From NCBI GenBank assembly GCA_030039195.1, contig JASHQK010000509.1, forward strand, positions 1-58,483: a stretch of 58,483 nucleotides of DNA. Direction: 5' to 3'. Origin of the DNA: Candidatus Sulfotelmatobacter sp. (lineage in GTDB: Bacteria > Acidobacteriota > Terriglobia > Terriglobales > Acidobacteriaceae). Shown piece by piece: positions 1 to 9,909 of this stretch (positions within the stretch are counted from its first letter, which is position 1; each line of letters begins with the position of its first letter). The notes beneath the pieces are model-generated. The model was not told where the DNA came from. It saw nothing but the letters and a program-made list of their open reading frames with translations, and made no database searches. Made by a program: the position numbers and the translations under genes.

Positions 1-264
1 GGCGGCGCCGGGCGGACCGATTGCCTGGCCTTCACCATATAGTCGAATGGCCGCACCGGAATTCGACAAGTCGTCGAGATTATTTATCTCAACTGCCGAA
101 TCCGCTCTTGTCAGGATGCTAAAAAAATATGGCGACCACCGATCCACAGGATTCCCCTCACGTCGATCAGCCTCCGCAGCCACCCCGGCTGGGTTGCCGG
201 GATGGACCTGCGTTTGCTTTGCGTTCACCATCTCGCGCTTGACGGTCATCCAGACTTCAGCTTC

Positions 265-774
265 TTATTTCGCCTGCGTCAGCCCCGCAACAACTGCAGC
301 AAGTTTATCGAGTATCTGGTTCCAGCCCTCTAATTGACCGCTATTTTTCGCGCTCTCCATGGGTTCATTTCCAATGAAGGTGAGTTTCGTCCGGCCGTTT
401 CCTAGATCCTCAAAGATGGTCACGTCGTACGCACCCTCTATGGCCTCATGTTCTATTCCTAGCTGCGCAGGATCAATCTTGTTTCCCTTCGAGTCCGAAA
501 AGTACATCAAGGAAACGATCTTCTCGTGCGGAACAATCTCGTGGTATTCAACCGCATTCCAGAACTCCTGCCCATCTGGAGATCTCATGCAGCAGAGGAA
601 TTTTCCCCCAACGCGAAAATCCATCTTGCAAACAGGCGCAGTAAAACCCTTCGGCCCCCACCACTGCATCACATATTTCGGGTCTGTCCACGCCTTCCAA
701 ACCAATTCGCGTGGGGCATCAAAAACTCGTGTCACAACCATCCGCTCGATCTCATTCACCGTGCTTTTTGTCAT
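265..774 (-). CDS. SRPBCC-superfamily protein, AHSA1 (activator of Hsp90 ATPase homolog 1)-like
   Basis: 169-aa ORF with RVFDAPRELVWKAWTDP...WWGPKGF signature of AHSA1/SRPBCC proteins. Its start overlaps the upstream ArsR gene by 23 nt, the usual ArsR-AHSA1 pairing. Confidence 0.85.
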   Translation of the reverse strand: MTKSTVNEIERMVVTRVFDAPRELVWKAWTDPKYVMQWWGPKGFTAPVCKMDFRVGGKFLCCMRSPDGQEFWNAVEYHEIVPHEKIVSLMYFSDSKGNKIDPAQLGIEHEAIEGAYDVTIFEDLGNGRTKLTFIGNEPMESAKNSGQLEGWNQILDKLAAVVAGLTQAK

Positions 775-1108
775 GTCGAACCTCCGCTTTTTTCATTTGA
801 GCCACAACTGCATCCAGCTTGTCGAAACTCTCTTCCCAGAATTGGCGATAACTAATCGCCCAGTCGCTGACTGTCTTTATAGCCTCTGGCCTAAGCGTGC
901 AAATACTCTCTCGTCCACGCTTCGTCTTGATCACAATCCGCGCTCGCACCAGGTAGGCAATATGTTTCGAAATCATCTGCTGCGAGAGTGCAAACGGTTC
1001 CGTCAAGCCGTGCACAGAGGCAGGCCCACGGGAGAGCCGCTCGATCATCGCCCGACGGGTTGGATCAGACAAAGCCGCAAATGTTGTGCCCAGGCTATCC
1101 ACAACCAT
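752..1108 (-). CDS. ArsR/SmtB-family HTH transcriptional regulator
   Basis: 118 aa; FAALSDPTRRAMIERL...ISKHIAYL matches the ArsR winged-helix core; ATG at 1106-1108. Confidence 0.85.
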   Translation of the reverse strand: MVVDSLGTTFAALSDPTRRAMIERLSRGPASVHGLTEPFALSQQMISKHIAYLVRARIVIKTKRGRESICTLRPEAIKTVSDWAISYRQFWEESFDKLDAVVAQMKKAEVRHDKKHGE

Positions 1109-1281
1109 ATGGTAGTGGATTATCTATCGATGTCAAGTGTGAATTTCGCGATTCCTGATTTCTCAACCCTGACTCATTCACCTGACGATGAAAGTGCGTG
1201 CTGCAAACTGCGCAGGAGCGCGATCCGCGGGAATTGATCTTTTGCAGTTGACTCTCTGGCGCCTTTCGCGACGAGTGGTAA

Positions 1282-1580
1282 ATCGCCAATCCACTCATCG
1301 AGGAGATTAGTACCGGGAAGTCGACATGGCGCGATGTCACCGCAAAGGTGGTCATCTACGAAGACTTCGTGGAGGGCAAGTTGGAAGCTCCGAAACACCT
1401 TGCCCGCACAGTGCACGATTTGTATTTTGAGCCGAAGTACGAGGAGTTCCGGTCGCGAACGATTTGGAGTCTCTCCAATGCCTCCACCTCGGCATTCAAA
1501 GAGCTAGAAACCATCCTCATTTCAAGGCGACAGCAAAGCTGGGCGAGTTCCTAGAGACTCGGTTCTCGCAGTCCTTCTAG
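1282..1580 (+). pseudogene. Frameshifted 3' remnant of an unidentified conserved gene (paralog of remnant at 51673-51800)
   Basis: Open frame starts right after a stop at 1279-1281 and has no credible start. ...RTIWSLSNASTSAFKEL continues only after a frame change into PHFKATAKLGEFLETRFSQSF*. The C-terminus resembles the minus-strand fragment at 51.7 kb. Confidence 0.4.
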
Positions 1581-1689
1581 CCTTCGGCGGTACCGGCCGG
1601 ATGAGCGTAGTGGCGATCTTGCGCCATCGGGCCGTTATCGCGGAGCCATGGAAAGAGGTCAGAGGATCTTCAATCCACATGACGACACG

Positions 1690-2928
1690 TCAGCGAGTAG
1701 CCTTGAACTTCGCGACGATCGCGGTGATGTCGTCGTGTTGTTCCTGAAAACTGAATCGCCGAACACCGTCCACGATTGCAGCCAGCAAAGCCTGGCACGG
1801 CAGGTCCCGATGTTGCTGAAGCGATTCAACCAGGCAACGCTCGCCAAATTCCTCGCCTCGCTCGTTACTGGCTTCGGTGATCCCGTCAGTGTAGAGTGCA
1901 AGCACGTCCCCGGGAGAAAGTTCCTGCTCCCGCATCGAGCAATTCCACTCTCTGAACAGGCCGAGCAGCGTGCTGGTGGACTCGAGCCGATCCACCTTGC
2001 CGTCGCTTCGTACCAAGAGACCTGACAAATGGCCGCAATTGACGTAGCGCAGTCGCCGAGCCACCTCGTCGTACTCGGCAAAGAAAAGCGAGGCGTAGGC
2101 ACTGTCGCCGGTATTGTCATAGAAGAGGCGGTTCACAGACCGGAGCAATGCCTCGGGCTGATCGAAGGCCAGTGCCGACTGGCTCCGCAGGCTGGCCTGC
2201 AGATTCGCCATCAGCAGAGCGGCGGCGATCCCCTTGCCGGACACGTCGCCGATGATCAGCCCCAGCCGCTGCGGCCCGAGATTGAGGAAGTCGAAATAAT
2301 CTCCTCCCACTTGCCGCGCCTGCAGGCAGACGCCTGCGTACTCCACGGTCTGCAGCTCCGGTTGAATCTGCGGGAACAACCGCGCCTGCACCTGCCGGGC
2401 GATTTCCAGTTCCTGAGCGGTGCGGCGTTCGGCTTCGAGCTTTTCAGCGTGTTCCTGCCGACGCAATTCCAATCTTCGCCTTACTTCGTCGAACCCTTCC
2501 AGGCCAAACGCATTCCCGTCTGGATCCTCGAAGCGCGCATAGGTGCCGCCCCACCCCGGCGTCTCCGGCTCAGACAAGAAACGAACGCCTCGTTCGGTCC
2601 ATTCTTTGTACTTGGCGTGGACATCTTCGGTCATAAAAAGAACCCAGCGGTAGCCGCCGATCAGCTTGTACTCGGGGCTTTCGGGCTTTGGCTCAACTAG
2701 TGCGAGATTCGCGCTGCCATCGGGAGGCGCCACTTCGATCCAGCGTTCGCCAGTGGGAAGGCGTTGTTCTGCGATAAGTTCGAAGCCCAATTGTTGCAAG
2801 TAGAACCGCTTACTCACGTCCAGATCGCGGACGAAAACGACGATGTCCTGGATTGACAGGTAGGGATCTTCGCGGCCCGGACGCAGCACGGTCCGGTTCG
2901 CCCACGAGAGAAACGTGTCGCTCGCCAT
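1690..2928 (-). CDS. VOC (glyoxalase/bleomycin-resistance fold) domain fused to PP2C-type SpoIIE/RsbU-like serine phosphatase
   Basis: 412 aa. N-terminal ~130 aa are VOC-like (VFVRDLDVSKRFY...FEDPDGNAFGL), followed by a coiled-coil linker. C-terminal part has the GGDYFDF...GDVSGKG...YTDGITEA SpoIIE phosphatase motifs. Confidence 0.85.
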   Translation of the reverse strand: MASDTFLSWANRTVLRPGREDPYLSIQDIVVFVRDLDVSKRFYLQQLGFELIAEQRLPTGERWIEVAPPDGSANLALVEPKPESPEYKLIGGYRWVLFMTEDVHAKYKEWTERGVRFLSEPETPGWGGTYARFEDPDGNAFGLEGFDEVRRRLELRRQEHAEKLEAERRTAQELEIARQVQARLFPQIQPELQTVEYAGVCLQARQVGGDYFDFLNLGPQRLGLIIGDVSGKGIAAALLMANLQASLRSQSALAFDQPEALLRSVNRLFYDNTGDSAYASLFFAEYDEVARRLRYVNCGHLSGLLVRSDGKVDRLESTSTLLGLFREWNCSMREQELSPGDVLALYTDGITEASNERGEEFGERCLVESLQQHRDLPCQALLAAIVDGVRRFSFQEQHDDITAIVAKFKATR

Positions 2929-3041
2929 GGGCGTGATTATAACGGGGCACGATAAGAGTTGAAATCAAGCGCTTACGCTCACAGCCAGGACGGGCTTCCC
3001 TTACGAACTAGAAATCGGCAAATGTAATCTTTAGACAGCCT

Positions 3042-3999
3042 AACAAAACCCCGTCCTTACCAATCGCAGGATGGGAAAGCTGTTCTCATTAGTGCTAGGA
3101 TGCTCAATCCATGAGCACTCCGTTGCTTCCCGACGCTTTGTGGAATCTGATTCAACCGCTATTGCCGCCCTCACCGCGTAGACCCAAAGGAGGCAGACCC
3201 CGCTTGCGGGACCATGCTTGTCTCACTGGAATTCTGTTCGTTCTGCGTAGCGGAATTCCTTGGGAGATGCTGCCACAGGAACTGGGCTGCGGTTCGGGCA
3301 TGACCTGCTGGCGGCGGTTACGTGACTGGCAAGAGTCAGGAATCTGGCAACTGATCCACTTCTCGTTGCTGGACTGGCTGGCGCGCTGCGGAGAGATTGA
3401 TTGGTCGCGGACCATCGTGGACGGCAGTACGATCCGGGCAGTTTTTGGGGGCTGCAGACGGGACCGAATCCAACCGACCGGGCCAAGCTGGGCAGCAAAC
3501 GTCATCTGATCTGCGACGGACGGGGAGTTCCGCTGGCCATTCAACTCATTGGGGCCAATCGTAACCACTCGCAGCAAGCCCTTGCGCTGATTGACGCCAT
3601 CCCAAGGTTGCAAGGAGAGCGCGGACGCCCACGGCATCGTCCTAACTCCGTATTGGGCGACCGTGGTTATGACGCTGATTCGATCCGGCAAGGTCTGCGT
3701 GGACGGCACATTGTGCCTTGGCTCGCCAAGCGCAACACCGAGCATGGCAGTGGGCTGGGGCAATCGCGATGGGTAGTCGAGCGGACCTTCGCTTGGCTGA
3801 ATCAGTTCCGGCGCCTGCGCGTTCGCTACGAAAAGCGGGCTGACATCCATGAGGCATTCTTGTCCTTGGGGTGCGCACTAATCTGCTGGCGCTTCCTTCG
3901 AGTTGGTTGGGTGGCGGGCTAACGCTTGACTGGCCTGAGCTCCGTTGAATCGCTGCAGTCTGGCGGCCTAGCATAGTCGTGCACAGGGTCGGCTTTGTT
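3042..3999 (+). mobile_element. IS5-family (IS427-group-like) insertion sequence; boundaries approximate
   Basis: Contains a two-frame DDE transposase (3111-3922). Only a weak imperfect terminal repeat was found (AACAAAACC at 3042-3050 vs GGCTTTGTT at 3991-3999), so the ends are not resolved. Confidence 0.6.
3111..3922 (+). CDS. IS5-family DDE transposase, expressed via putative -1 frameshift (orfA 3111-3509, orfB frame from ~3445)
   Basis: OrfA has [14 protein letters not shown]...GRPR...GIPWEMLP. OrfB has [17 protein letters not shown]...[11 protein letters not shown]...[20 protein letters not shown]. The frames overlap at the T5G5 run gcaGTTTTTGGGGGctg (3441-3451). Length 812 nt = 271 codons minus 1 nt. 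Confidence 0.85.
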
Positions 4000-4206
4000 C
4001 CTTGATCAGCCACCCCATCTCGGATTAACCGCACCGCCGAGAAATTTGGCGGCGGTATGAGCATCATCTACAAAGCCGAGGAGATGACACTCTGCAGGTT
4101 TGCTGCCCGCAAGTTGCCCCAAGGCCTGGCGCGGAGAGACAGAAGAAAGGGAGCAGGGATGTTCCCTGCTCTCATGGTCGTGGTTTATATTTCTTCATTT
4201 CTCAAC

Positions 4207-5610
4207 TTATGGTACGTGCTGCTGAAGCAGCTTGCGCGCACTTTCCGAAAGGAATACAGTCGGTCTCCCGCCGGTCCTGTCTGCCTCGGAGGCTGCACCG
4301 TCTGCGTCATCCTTGCACCAGTCTGAGTCAAGGTGATAGCGGTCGCATGGCGTCGCCAGGAAAGCATGAATGTCGCCGGTGCTCGTCTCCACACCAAAGC
4401 CCGCAATTTCTCCGGAATCATTGATCGCATAGGCAATCAGGAGATACAACGGCGAATCTGGCGGAATGAGGGAGTTGAGATCGTGCATCACTCCATCCCG
4501 CCACAGAAAAACGCGGGGGGTTCCAGCCGCCAGACCGGGTGCGCTGATCGAGGGGCCAACCACCTCGCCCTTGTTGTTCATGCCGAGGCCGGCGCCAACA
4601 AAGTCGCCGGGAAGCACTCCAAGGTCCTGCATACCTGTTTCACGGGTCCAAAGAAAGGGATGAAAAGGAAAACAGCTTGAATTCTGCGGATCTCCCGGGC
4701 ATTCGGCACTCTTGACTTCGGGCAGAGCCGAGACGCCGGCCACCTGACCGTGGTTGTTGATCAGGAACGCGGCATTGCCGTCCCCCAACACTTGAGGATT
4801 TACCGTGCCCCCGAGGTTGCCGAGGTCACGAACGGTGCCATCTTTTTCCCACAGCACGGCGTGCGCCGAGGCTGCGGGTCCGGGAAGCACCGTGTTCGCG
4901 CATGTTCCCGACATCCCTACGGCTTGGCTCTCATCGTTGATCGAGAGGGCTACTCCGACCGAATCGCCTTTGAGCGGATGGAGTTCGCGAATCTCACCGG
5001 GCTGTGGCCCCCAGATCACAGGCTCGAAATAAAGAACTTGAGGTCCGAGTCCATTGACGGCCACCATGCCGGGGCAGTCCGGATCCACTGTGTCCTCCTC
5101 CGCATAACCGGCTATTTCGCCCCGATTGTTGATTTGGCCCCAAGAGGCGCTGGTGCCTCCCAGCGTCGGGAGCGGACTCATCACGCCGTTTTCCCAAAGA
5201 AACGCCAGACATTGGAGACCGGTACCGTAGCCGCAGAAGTTTTCATTGTTTGGATCCGGATTGGAGGTTTCGGCCTGACCGATGACCTGACCGAACGCAT
5301 TCGCGCTGCCAGCCTGACTGTTCGGCCCGCCAATCCCAGGTTGGCTGATGTCGGTGAACAACCCCTCGTACCAGAGGACGGCGTGCTGCGTGCCGTCAGC
5401 GGCGGTGTCCAGACCGGTTACCAAGCCGGGATTGTTCACGAAGGTCGCCTGGCTAAACGGGTTGCCCGCCGGGCCGAGATCGGTGACGGTGTAGCGCCGA
5501 GGGCGCTCTGTTTGCTGTTGTTGCTCTTCCTGCGCGACAACCCGAAGCGGTATTGCCAGGAGAGTCAGCAAGCTCAAAGATGAAATGCTAAGCAGCAGTC
5601 TCGATTTCAT
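4207..5610 (-). CDS. Secreted HAF-family extracellular repeat protein
   Basis: Signal peptide MKSRLLLSISSLSLLTLLAIPLRVVAQ. At least five repeats of the HA(F/V)LW..G.M.DLG.LGG...A.GINN.G.V(A/V)G type. Confidence 0.8.
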   Translation of the reverse strand: MKSRLLLSISSLSLLTLLAIPLRVVAQEEQQQQTERPRRYTVTDLGPAGNPFSQATFVNNPGLVTGLDTAADGTQHAVLWYEGLFTDISQPGIGGPNSQAGSANAFGQVIGQAETSNPDPNNENFCGYGTGLQCLAFLWENGVMSPLPTLGGTSASWGQINNRGEIAGYAEEDTVDPDCPGMVAVNGLGPQVLYFEPVIWGPQPGEIRELHPLKGDSVGVALSINDESQAVGMSGTCANTVLPGPAASAHAVLWEKDGTVRDLGNLGGTVNPQVLGDGNAAFLINNHGQVAGVSALPEVKSAECPGDPQNSSCFPFHPFLWTRETGMQDLGVLPGDFVGAGLGMNNKGEVVGPSISAPGLAAGTPRVFLWRDGVMHDLNSLIPPDSPLYLLIAYAINDSGEIAGFGVETSTGDIHAFLATPCDRYHLDSDWCKDDADGAASEADRTGGRPTVFLSESARKLLQQHVP

Positions 5611-5646
5611 ATCGTCTCCTTATTCTGTGTATTTCAACCGTAGCGG

Positions 5647-5916
5647 TTAGCTGATTTTTGTGTTCTGCACGCGAGCCAGTAGTGAATTCAGGCAAATCAG
5701 TACCGAGCCATCGGCTGCCTGCGACCGATGGAGATTGCCCGAGTTGAGCCATTCCTCCAATGCAGGCCGGTCCAGGTTCGAGATGACTCCCGCGTTTTCC
5801 AGCGCGATCATTTCCCCTTCGGCCTCGCATAGCGAACACCAGGCCCGTCTCGAATTCCGGCCCTGCAGAATGAGCAAAGAGTCGGTTTCGATCGTGATCT
5901 TCGTCTGCTTCGCCAT
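5647..5916 (-). CDS. Small conserved hypothetical protein (CxxC-containing)
   Basis: Likely start MAKQTKITIETDSLLIL (M16 of the tracked ORF); WCSLCEAEG motif; divergent from the CadC-like regulator. Function unknown. Confidence 0.5.
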   Translation of the reverse strand: MAKQTKITIETDSLLILQGRNSRRAWCSLCEAEGEMIALENAGVISNLDRPALEEWLNSGNLHRSQAADGSVLICLNSLLARVQNTKIS

Positions 5917-6132
5917 AAGAACCTGCTTTCTGAAACCGGCCGCGTGCTGAAACGAGTGCACCTTGCCCGAGAGGCGGTGAAAAAGTCCTTACAAACGTTC
6001 TGAAAACTTCTGATAATTTCTCGCAGGGGATAACAGCCGGAAAACAGGGCACTTCGGAGGAACTAGGTGAGCAGCGACGGAGCCGGCTCAGAGTGGGAAT
6101 CGTGCTAAAATGCGGTCCTCTAGCGTGGGGGT

Positions 6133-8478
6133 GTGGTGCTCCCAATGTCCGCGAGCGAAGGCCAGAGAGCTAAAGAACTCTATGAATTCGGCCCTTTTCG
6201 CGTCGATCCTGAAAAGGAGACTCTGCTGCGTGGCGGCGACCCTATCCCGCTGACGCCAAAGACCTTTCAGATCCTCCTGGTTCTGGTCCGCCACAACAAA
6301 GAGGTTGTCACCAAAGATGACTTAATGAAAGCGGTTTGGCCGGACACTTTTGTGGAGGAGGCCAACCTCAGTCGCAACATCTTCATGCTGCGAAAGGCGC
6401 TGGGCGAGAGCCCCCAGGATCACCAGTACATCCTTACTGTGCCGGGTCGAGGCTATCGTCTCGCCGAGAGTGTGCACTTGGTGCCGGAGCACGAACTCAG
6501 CATTGTCGCGGCAAACCATTCCAAAGTGCAGGTGCAGGTCGCGGAAACAAAACCTTGGGGATGGATCGCAGCAGCTGGGATCCTCCTGCTTGTCGTCGCC
6601 GCCGGCACAACGCGGTTTTTCCTGCACCGCACGACAGCGCTCACTGAAAAGGACACAGTTGTGCTTGCCGATTTTGACAATTCGACTGGCGACCTGGTTT
6701 TTGAGGGGACGCTGCGGCAGGGCATGGCAGTGCAACTTGAGCAGTCGCCCTTCCTGAGCCTCGTCTCCGACGATCGCATCCATCAGACGCTAAAGTTGAT
6801 GGGCCGACCGGTGGATGCGCCACTTACGCCCGACACGGCTCGGGAAGTCTGCGAAAGAACCGGGAGCGCCGCCGTCCTGGAAGGTTCGATTGCAAGTCTC
6901 GGGAGCCAGTATGTACTGGGACTACGGGCAAAGAATTGCCGCACGGGAGAGGTCCTCGATGAAGAGCAAGTGCAAGCGACACGAAAAGAAGACGTATTGA
7001 ATGCCTTAAGTCAAATTGCCAGCAAATTCAGAGCCCGCATCGGCGAATCGCTATCCGCGGTTGAAAAGCACGACACTCCCCTCCAGGAAGCCACTACGTC
7101 TTCGCTTGAGGCCTTGAAAGCCTACAGCGAAGCCTGGAAGGTCGCTTTCTCAACAGGCCCCGCTGCCGCCGTGCCCGTTCTCCAGCGCGCTATCCGCATC
7201 GACCCCAATTTCGCGATGGCACATGCCTTCCTGGGGCGCGTGTACGGCGATATTTGGGAGCCTGTCCTCTCAGCAGAGAGCACCAGCAAAGCATATGAGT
7301 TGCAGAATCGCGCCAGCGATCGGGAGCGGTTTTTTATCGTGCTTTCTTACGATCTACAGGTGACGGGGAACCTGGAAAAGGCTCAAGAGACCGGTGAGTT
7401 GTGGGCCCAAACTTATCCTCGTGATCGAGTGCCCCACGGATTCTTGTCGTGGATTTCGCAAGAAGTGGGTAAGTATGAAGAGTCGATCGAAGAAAGCCAA
7501 AAAGCTATCGGGCTTGATCCGGACTTCACCCCTGGGTACGTCAATCTTGCATGGGCCTATGTTTTCCTTGACCACCCGGAGGAAGCCGAGAAAACGCTTC
7601 AGCGAGCTTCCGAGCGCAAACTGGAGATCCCTGAGCTTTTGGTCCTGCGATACTACATGTCCTTCTTGCAAGGTGACCAGGCAGGAATGAAACGGGCCGC
7701 AGCACTGAGTCAGGAGAAACCCGGAGCGGAAGACTGGGTCTCCGACGAGGAGGCTTCTGTCCAGGCCTATTCTGGCCGTTTACGAGACGCAAGAAGGATG
7801 TCACGTCGTGCGATGGACTTGGCCCGGCAGGCGGATCAGCGAGAACGGGTTGCCATGTACGAAGCTGGAGAAGCAGTGCGGGAAGCGTTTTTCGGTAATG
7901 TGCCCGAGGCTAGGCGAAGCGCGATGGCAGCAATGGATCTTTCCAAGGGCCGGGATGTGGAGTATGGCGCGGCTTTCGCACTCACCCTCTCGGGTGACTC
8001 TTCCCGTTCTCAAACACTCGCGAATGATCTCGAAAAGCGCTTCCCCGAGGATACGTTAGTCCGATTCACTTACCTGCCAGTGCTTCGTGCACTTTTCGCT
8101 CTTCGCTCCGGCGAGCCTACTGGCGCTATCGAAGTCCTGCAAATCGCCGTTCCCTATGATCTCGCCATTCCGGGCAGTTGGTCTAGCTTCTTCGGGAATC
8201 TCTATCCGGTATACGCTCGCGGCGAGGCCTGTCTGGCCTTACACCAGGGTGCCGAGGCCGCCACGGAATTTCAGAAGATTCTCGATCACCGCGGAATTGT
8301 TTCCAGCGATCCCATCGGCGCACTATCTCACCTGCAACTAGGTCGATCCTATGCCATGCAGGCCGACACGGCCAAAGCGAAAGCCGCCTATCAGGATTTC
8401 CTCACCCTCTGGAAAGATGCCGATCCCGACATCCCCATCCTGAAGCAAGCCAAAGCGGAGTACGCGAAGCTGCAGTGA
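6133..8478 (+). CDS. CadC/ToxR-like membrane-bound regulator: OmpR/PhoB-type winged-helix DNA-binding domain + TM + TPR repeats
   Basis: YEFGPFRVDPEKETLLRGGDPIPLTPKTFQILLVLV...VPGRGYRL (trans_reg_C). One TM (WGWIAAAGILLLVVAAG). Long C-terminal TPR-like region. Start may be 6145. Confidence 0.85.
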   Translation: MVLPMSASEGQRAKELYEFGPFRVDPEKETLLRGGDPIPLTPKTFQILLVLVRHNKEVVTKDDLMKAVWPDTFVEEANLSRNIFMLRKALGESPQDHQYILTVPGRGYRLAESVHLVPEHELSIVAANHSKVQVQVAETKPWGWIAAAGILLLVVAAGTTRFFLHRTTALTEKDTVVLADFDNSTGDLVFEGTLRQGMAVQLEQSPFLSLVSDDRIHQTLKLMGRPVDAPLTPDTAREVCERTGSAAVLEGSIASLGSQYVLGLRAKNCRTGEVLDEEQVQATRKEDVLNALSQIASKFRARIGESLSAVEKHDTPLQEATTSSLEALKAYSEAWKVAFSTGPAAAVPVLQRAIRIDPNFAMAHAFLGRVYGDIWEPVLSAESTSKAYELQNRASDRERFFIVLSYDLQVTGNLEKAQETGELWAQTYPRDRVPHGFLSWISQEVGKYEESIEESQKAIGLDPDFTPGYVNLAWAYVFLDHPEEAEKTLQRASERKLEIPELLVLRYYMSFLQGDQAGMKRAAALSQEKPGAEDWVSDEEASVQAYSGRLRDARRMSRRAMDLARQADQRERVAMYEAGEAVREAFFGNVPEARRSAMAAMDLSKGRDVEYGAAFALTLSGDSSRSQTLANDLEKRFPEDTLVRFTYLPVLRALFALRSGEPTGAIEVLQIAVPYDLAIPGSWSSFFGNLYPVYARGEACLALHQGAEAATEFQKILDHRGIVSSDPIGALSHLQLGRSYAMQADTAKAKAAYQDFLTLWKDADPDIPILKQAKAEYAKLQ

Positions 8479-8725
8479 GGGTACTCAGGTACTCAAGCTG
8501 CGTGGGTGGAGGTTTTGTTAGACGCTCTTACGGAACCGGAACCTGGAAAGATTGTCTCAGGCGAGTTCACTGGGGGGCTTCACAAGGCACTCTGCGCAGG
8601 CTGATCGGAGTTACGTAGAACTGAAATTCCATTTTGCTGCTCAAGAAAAAGAGAAGCTGGTGTGAAACTGAACTACCCCGGTGAGAATTTGTTGAGCGAT
8701 TATGCGACGTTGGCAGTCCGACGCG

Positions 8726-9607
8726 TCAGCGCGATTTATCGTAGGCTGTCGCGACAAGAAGAATGACTGGCAAATAGATGACAGATGTATGAAGAACGCG
8801 GCTAGCAGCGGCGCGCGAGACATTCTTGACGAGAGTCGTCGCGGGATAAAGAAGGAATGCTCCTGCGACAGCAACCGCGATTAGAGGAGCCACACCCGCA
8901 TGGGATGCATGCAACGACGTAATGACGACGAGTATCGTGGAAGTCGCAACGATCTCAGCTCGCGTAAAGCGCCCATCGGTATCGAAACTCGGCAGCATTC
9001 TGTAGCCTGCCCGCGCATAGTCTTCTCGATACATTAAAGCGATGGCCAGAAAATGCGGAAATTGCCATAGAAACAGAAAGACAAAAAGGAACCAAGCACG
9101 ACCATCGATGGCTGAGCCAGCCCCTGCGCATCCGATCAAAGCTGGCATCGCGCCCGGGATCGCACCCAGCGCGGTACACAGCGCCGTCTTGCGCTTGAGG
9201 GGTGTATAAACGAGTAAGTACGAGAGCAATGTAGAGACCGCGAGTGCAGCAACGAGAACATTCACCGCTAACAGCAGGTACAGGCCGCCCACAATACTCT
9301 GCAGCATGCCGAAGACGAATGCCTCGCGAGCATCCAGCCGTCCGGAAGGCAGAGGCCGGTTTGCCGTGCGGCGCATCCGGCCGTCCCATACACGCTCGAT
9401 CCACTGATTCAGCGTCGCCGTTCCACTGGCGACCAATAGGGTTCCCAGCAACGTGTTTGCCAGACCTGTGAAGCGGATCGGCCCGCGAGAAGCGAGGTAG
9501 TAACCAGCGGCCGTCGTCATGAGAACCAGCAGGTTCACCTCAGGCTTGGTGAGCGCAAAGTAATCGCGCACGCGGGATCGAGCGTCGTGCTTGGCCGTCG
9601 TCTGCAT
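8726..9607 (-). CDS. ctaB: Protohaem IX farnesyltransferase (haem O synthase)
   Basis: 293-aa polytopic UbiA-family protein (YFALTKPEVNLLVLMTTAAGYYLA...) at the distal end of the cox cluster. Its ATG overlaps the upstream stop (TAATG). Confidence 0.9.
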   Translation of the reverse strand: MQTTAKHDARSRVRDYFALTKPEVNLLVLMTTAAGYYLASRGPIRFTGLANTLLGTLLVASGTATLNQWIERVWDGRMRRTANRPLPSGRLDAREAFVFGMLQSIVGGLYLLLAVNVLVAALAVSTLLSYLLVYTPLKRKTALCTALGAIPGAMPALIGCAGAGSAIDGRAWFLFVFLFLWQFPHFLAIALMYREDYARAGYRMLPSFDTDGRFTRAEIVATSTILVVITSLHASHAGVAPLIAVAVAGAFLLYPATTLVKNVSRAAASRVLHTSVIYLPVILLVATAYDKSR

Positions 9608-9891
9608 TACCAGTCAGAACCCGGTTCAAGGCTGCGATCAGCTTGATGGAATTGGTTGCGCTTGCGATAAGCCGCTACCATCATCCCCACGCACATCGAG
9701 AGCGGCGGAATAATCAGGATCACGATTCCGCTGCGCAGTGCCCGGACCATCCGTGCACCGGAGTTTGCTACTTGCGTGTAGCAGAGCGAGCAGCCTTGCG
9801 AAAACGCCAATGAAGGAAAGGCGACGCAGGTAAATACGGCCAGCGCAATCGCGACCGCAAACAGCGACTTCCGTATTCTCGAGTTTCGCAC
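9607..9891 (-). CDS. Small membrane protein of the cox cluster (signal peptide, GCSLCY motif, C-terminal TM)
   Basis: 94 aa, translationally coupled to ctaB; no recognised family. Confidence 0.5.
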   Translation of the reverse strand: MRNSRIRKSLFAVAIALAVFTCVAFPSLAFSQGCSLCYTQVANSGARMVRALRSGIVILIIPPLSMCVGMMVAAYRKRNQFHQADRSLEPGSDW

Positions 9892-9909
9892 CGAATATTC
9901 CCCTAGTCC

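Noticed and set aside
359-1237. 292-aa plus-strand ORF spanning the ArsR and AHSA1 genes
   Set aside because: It is antisense to two well-supported genes and has an S/R/C/P-rich low-complexity composition typical of shadow ORFs in high-GC DNA.
3042-3999. Attempt to define IS terminal inverted repeats and a target duplication (AACAAAACC/GGCTTTGTT; CTAG at 3084 and 3967)
   Set aside because: Only 8 of 12 positions match, and the CTAG tetranucleotides are not flanked by complementary ends. I reported the boundaries as approximate only.
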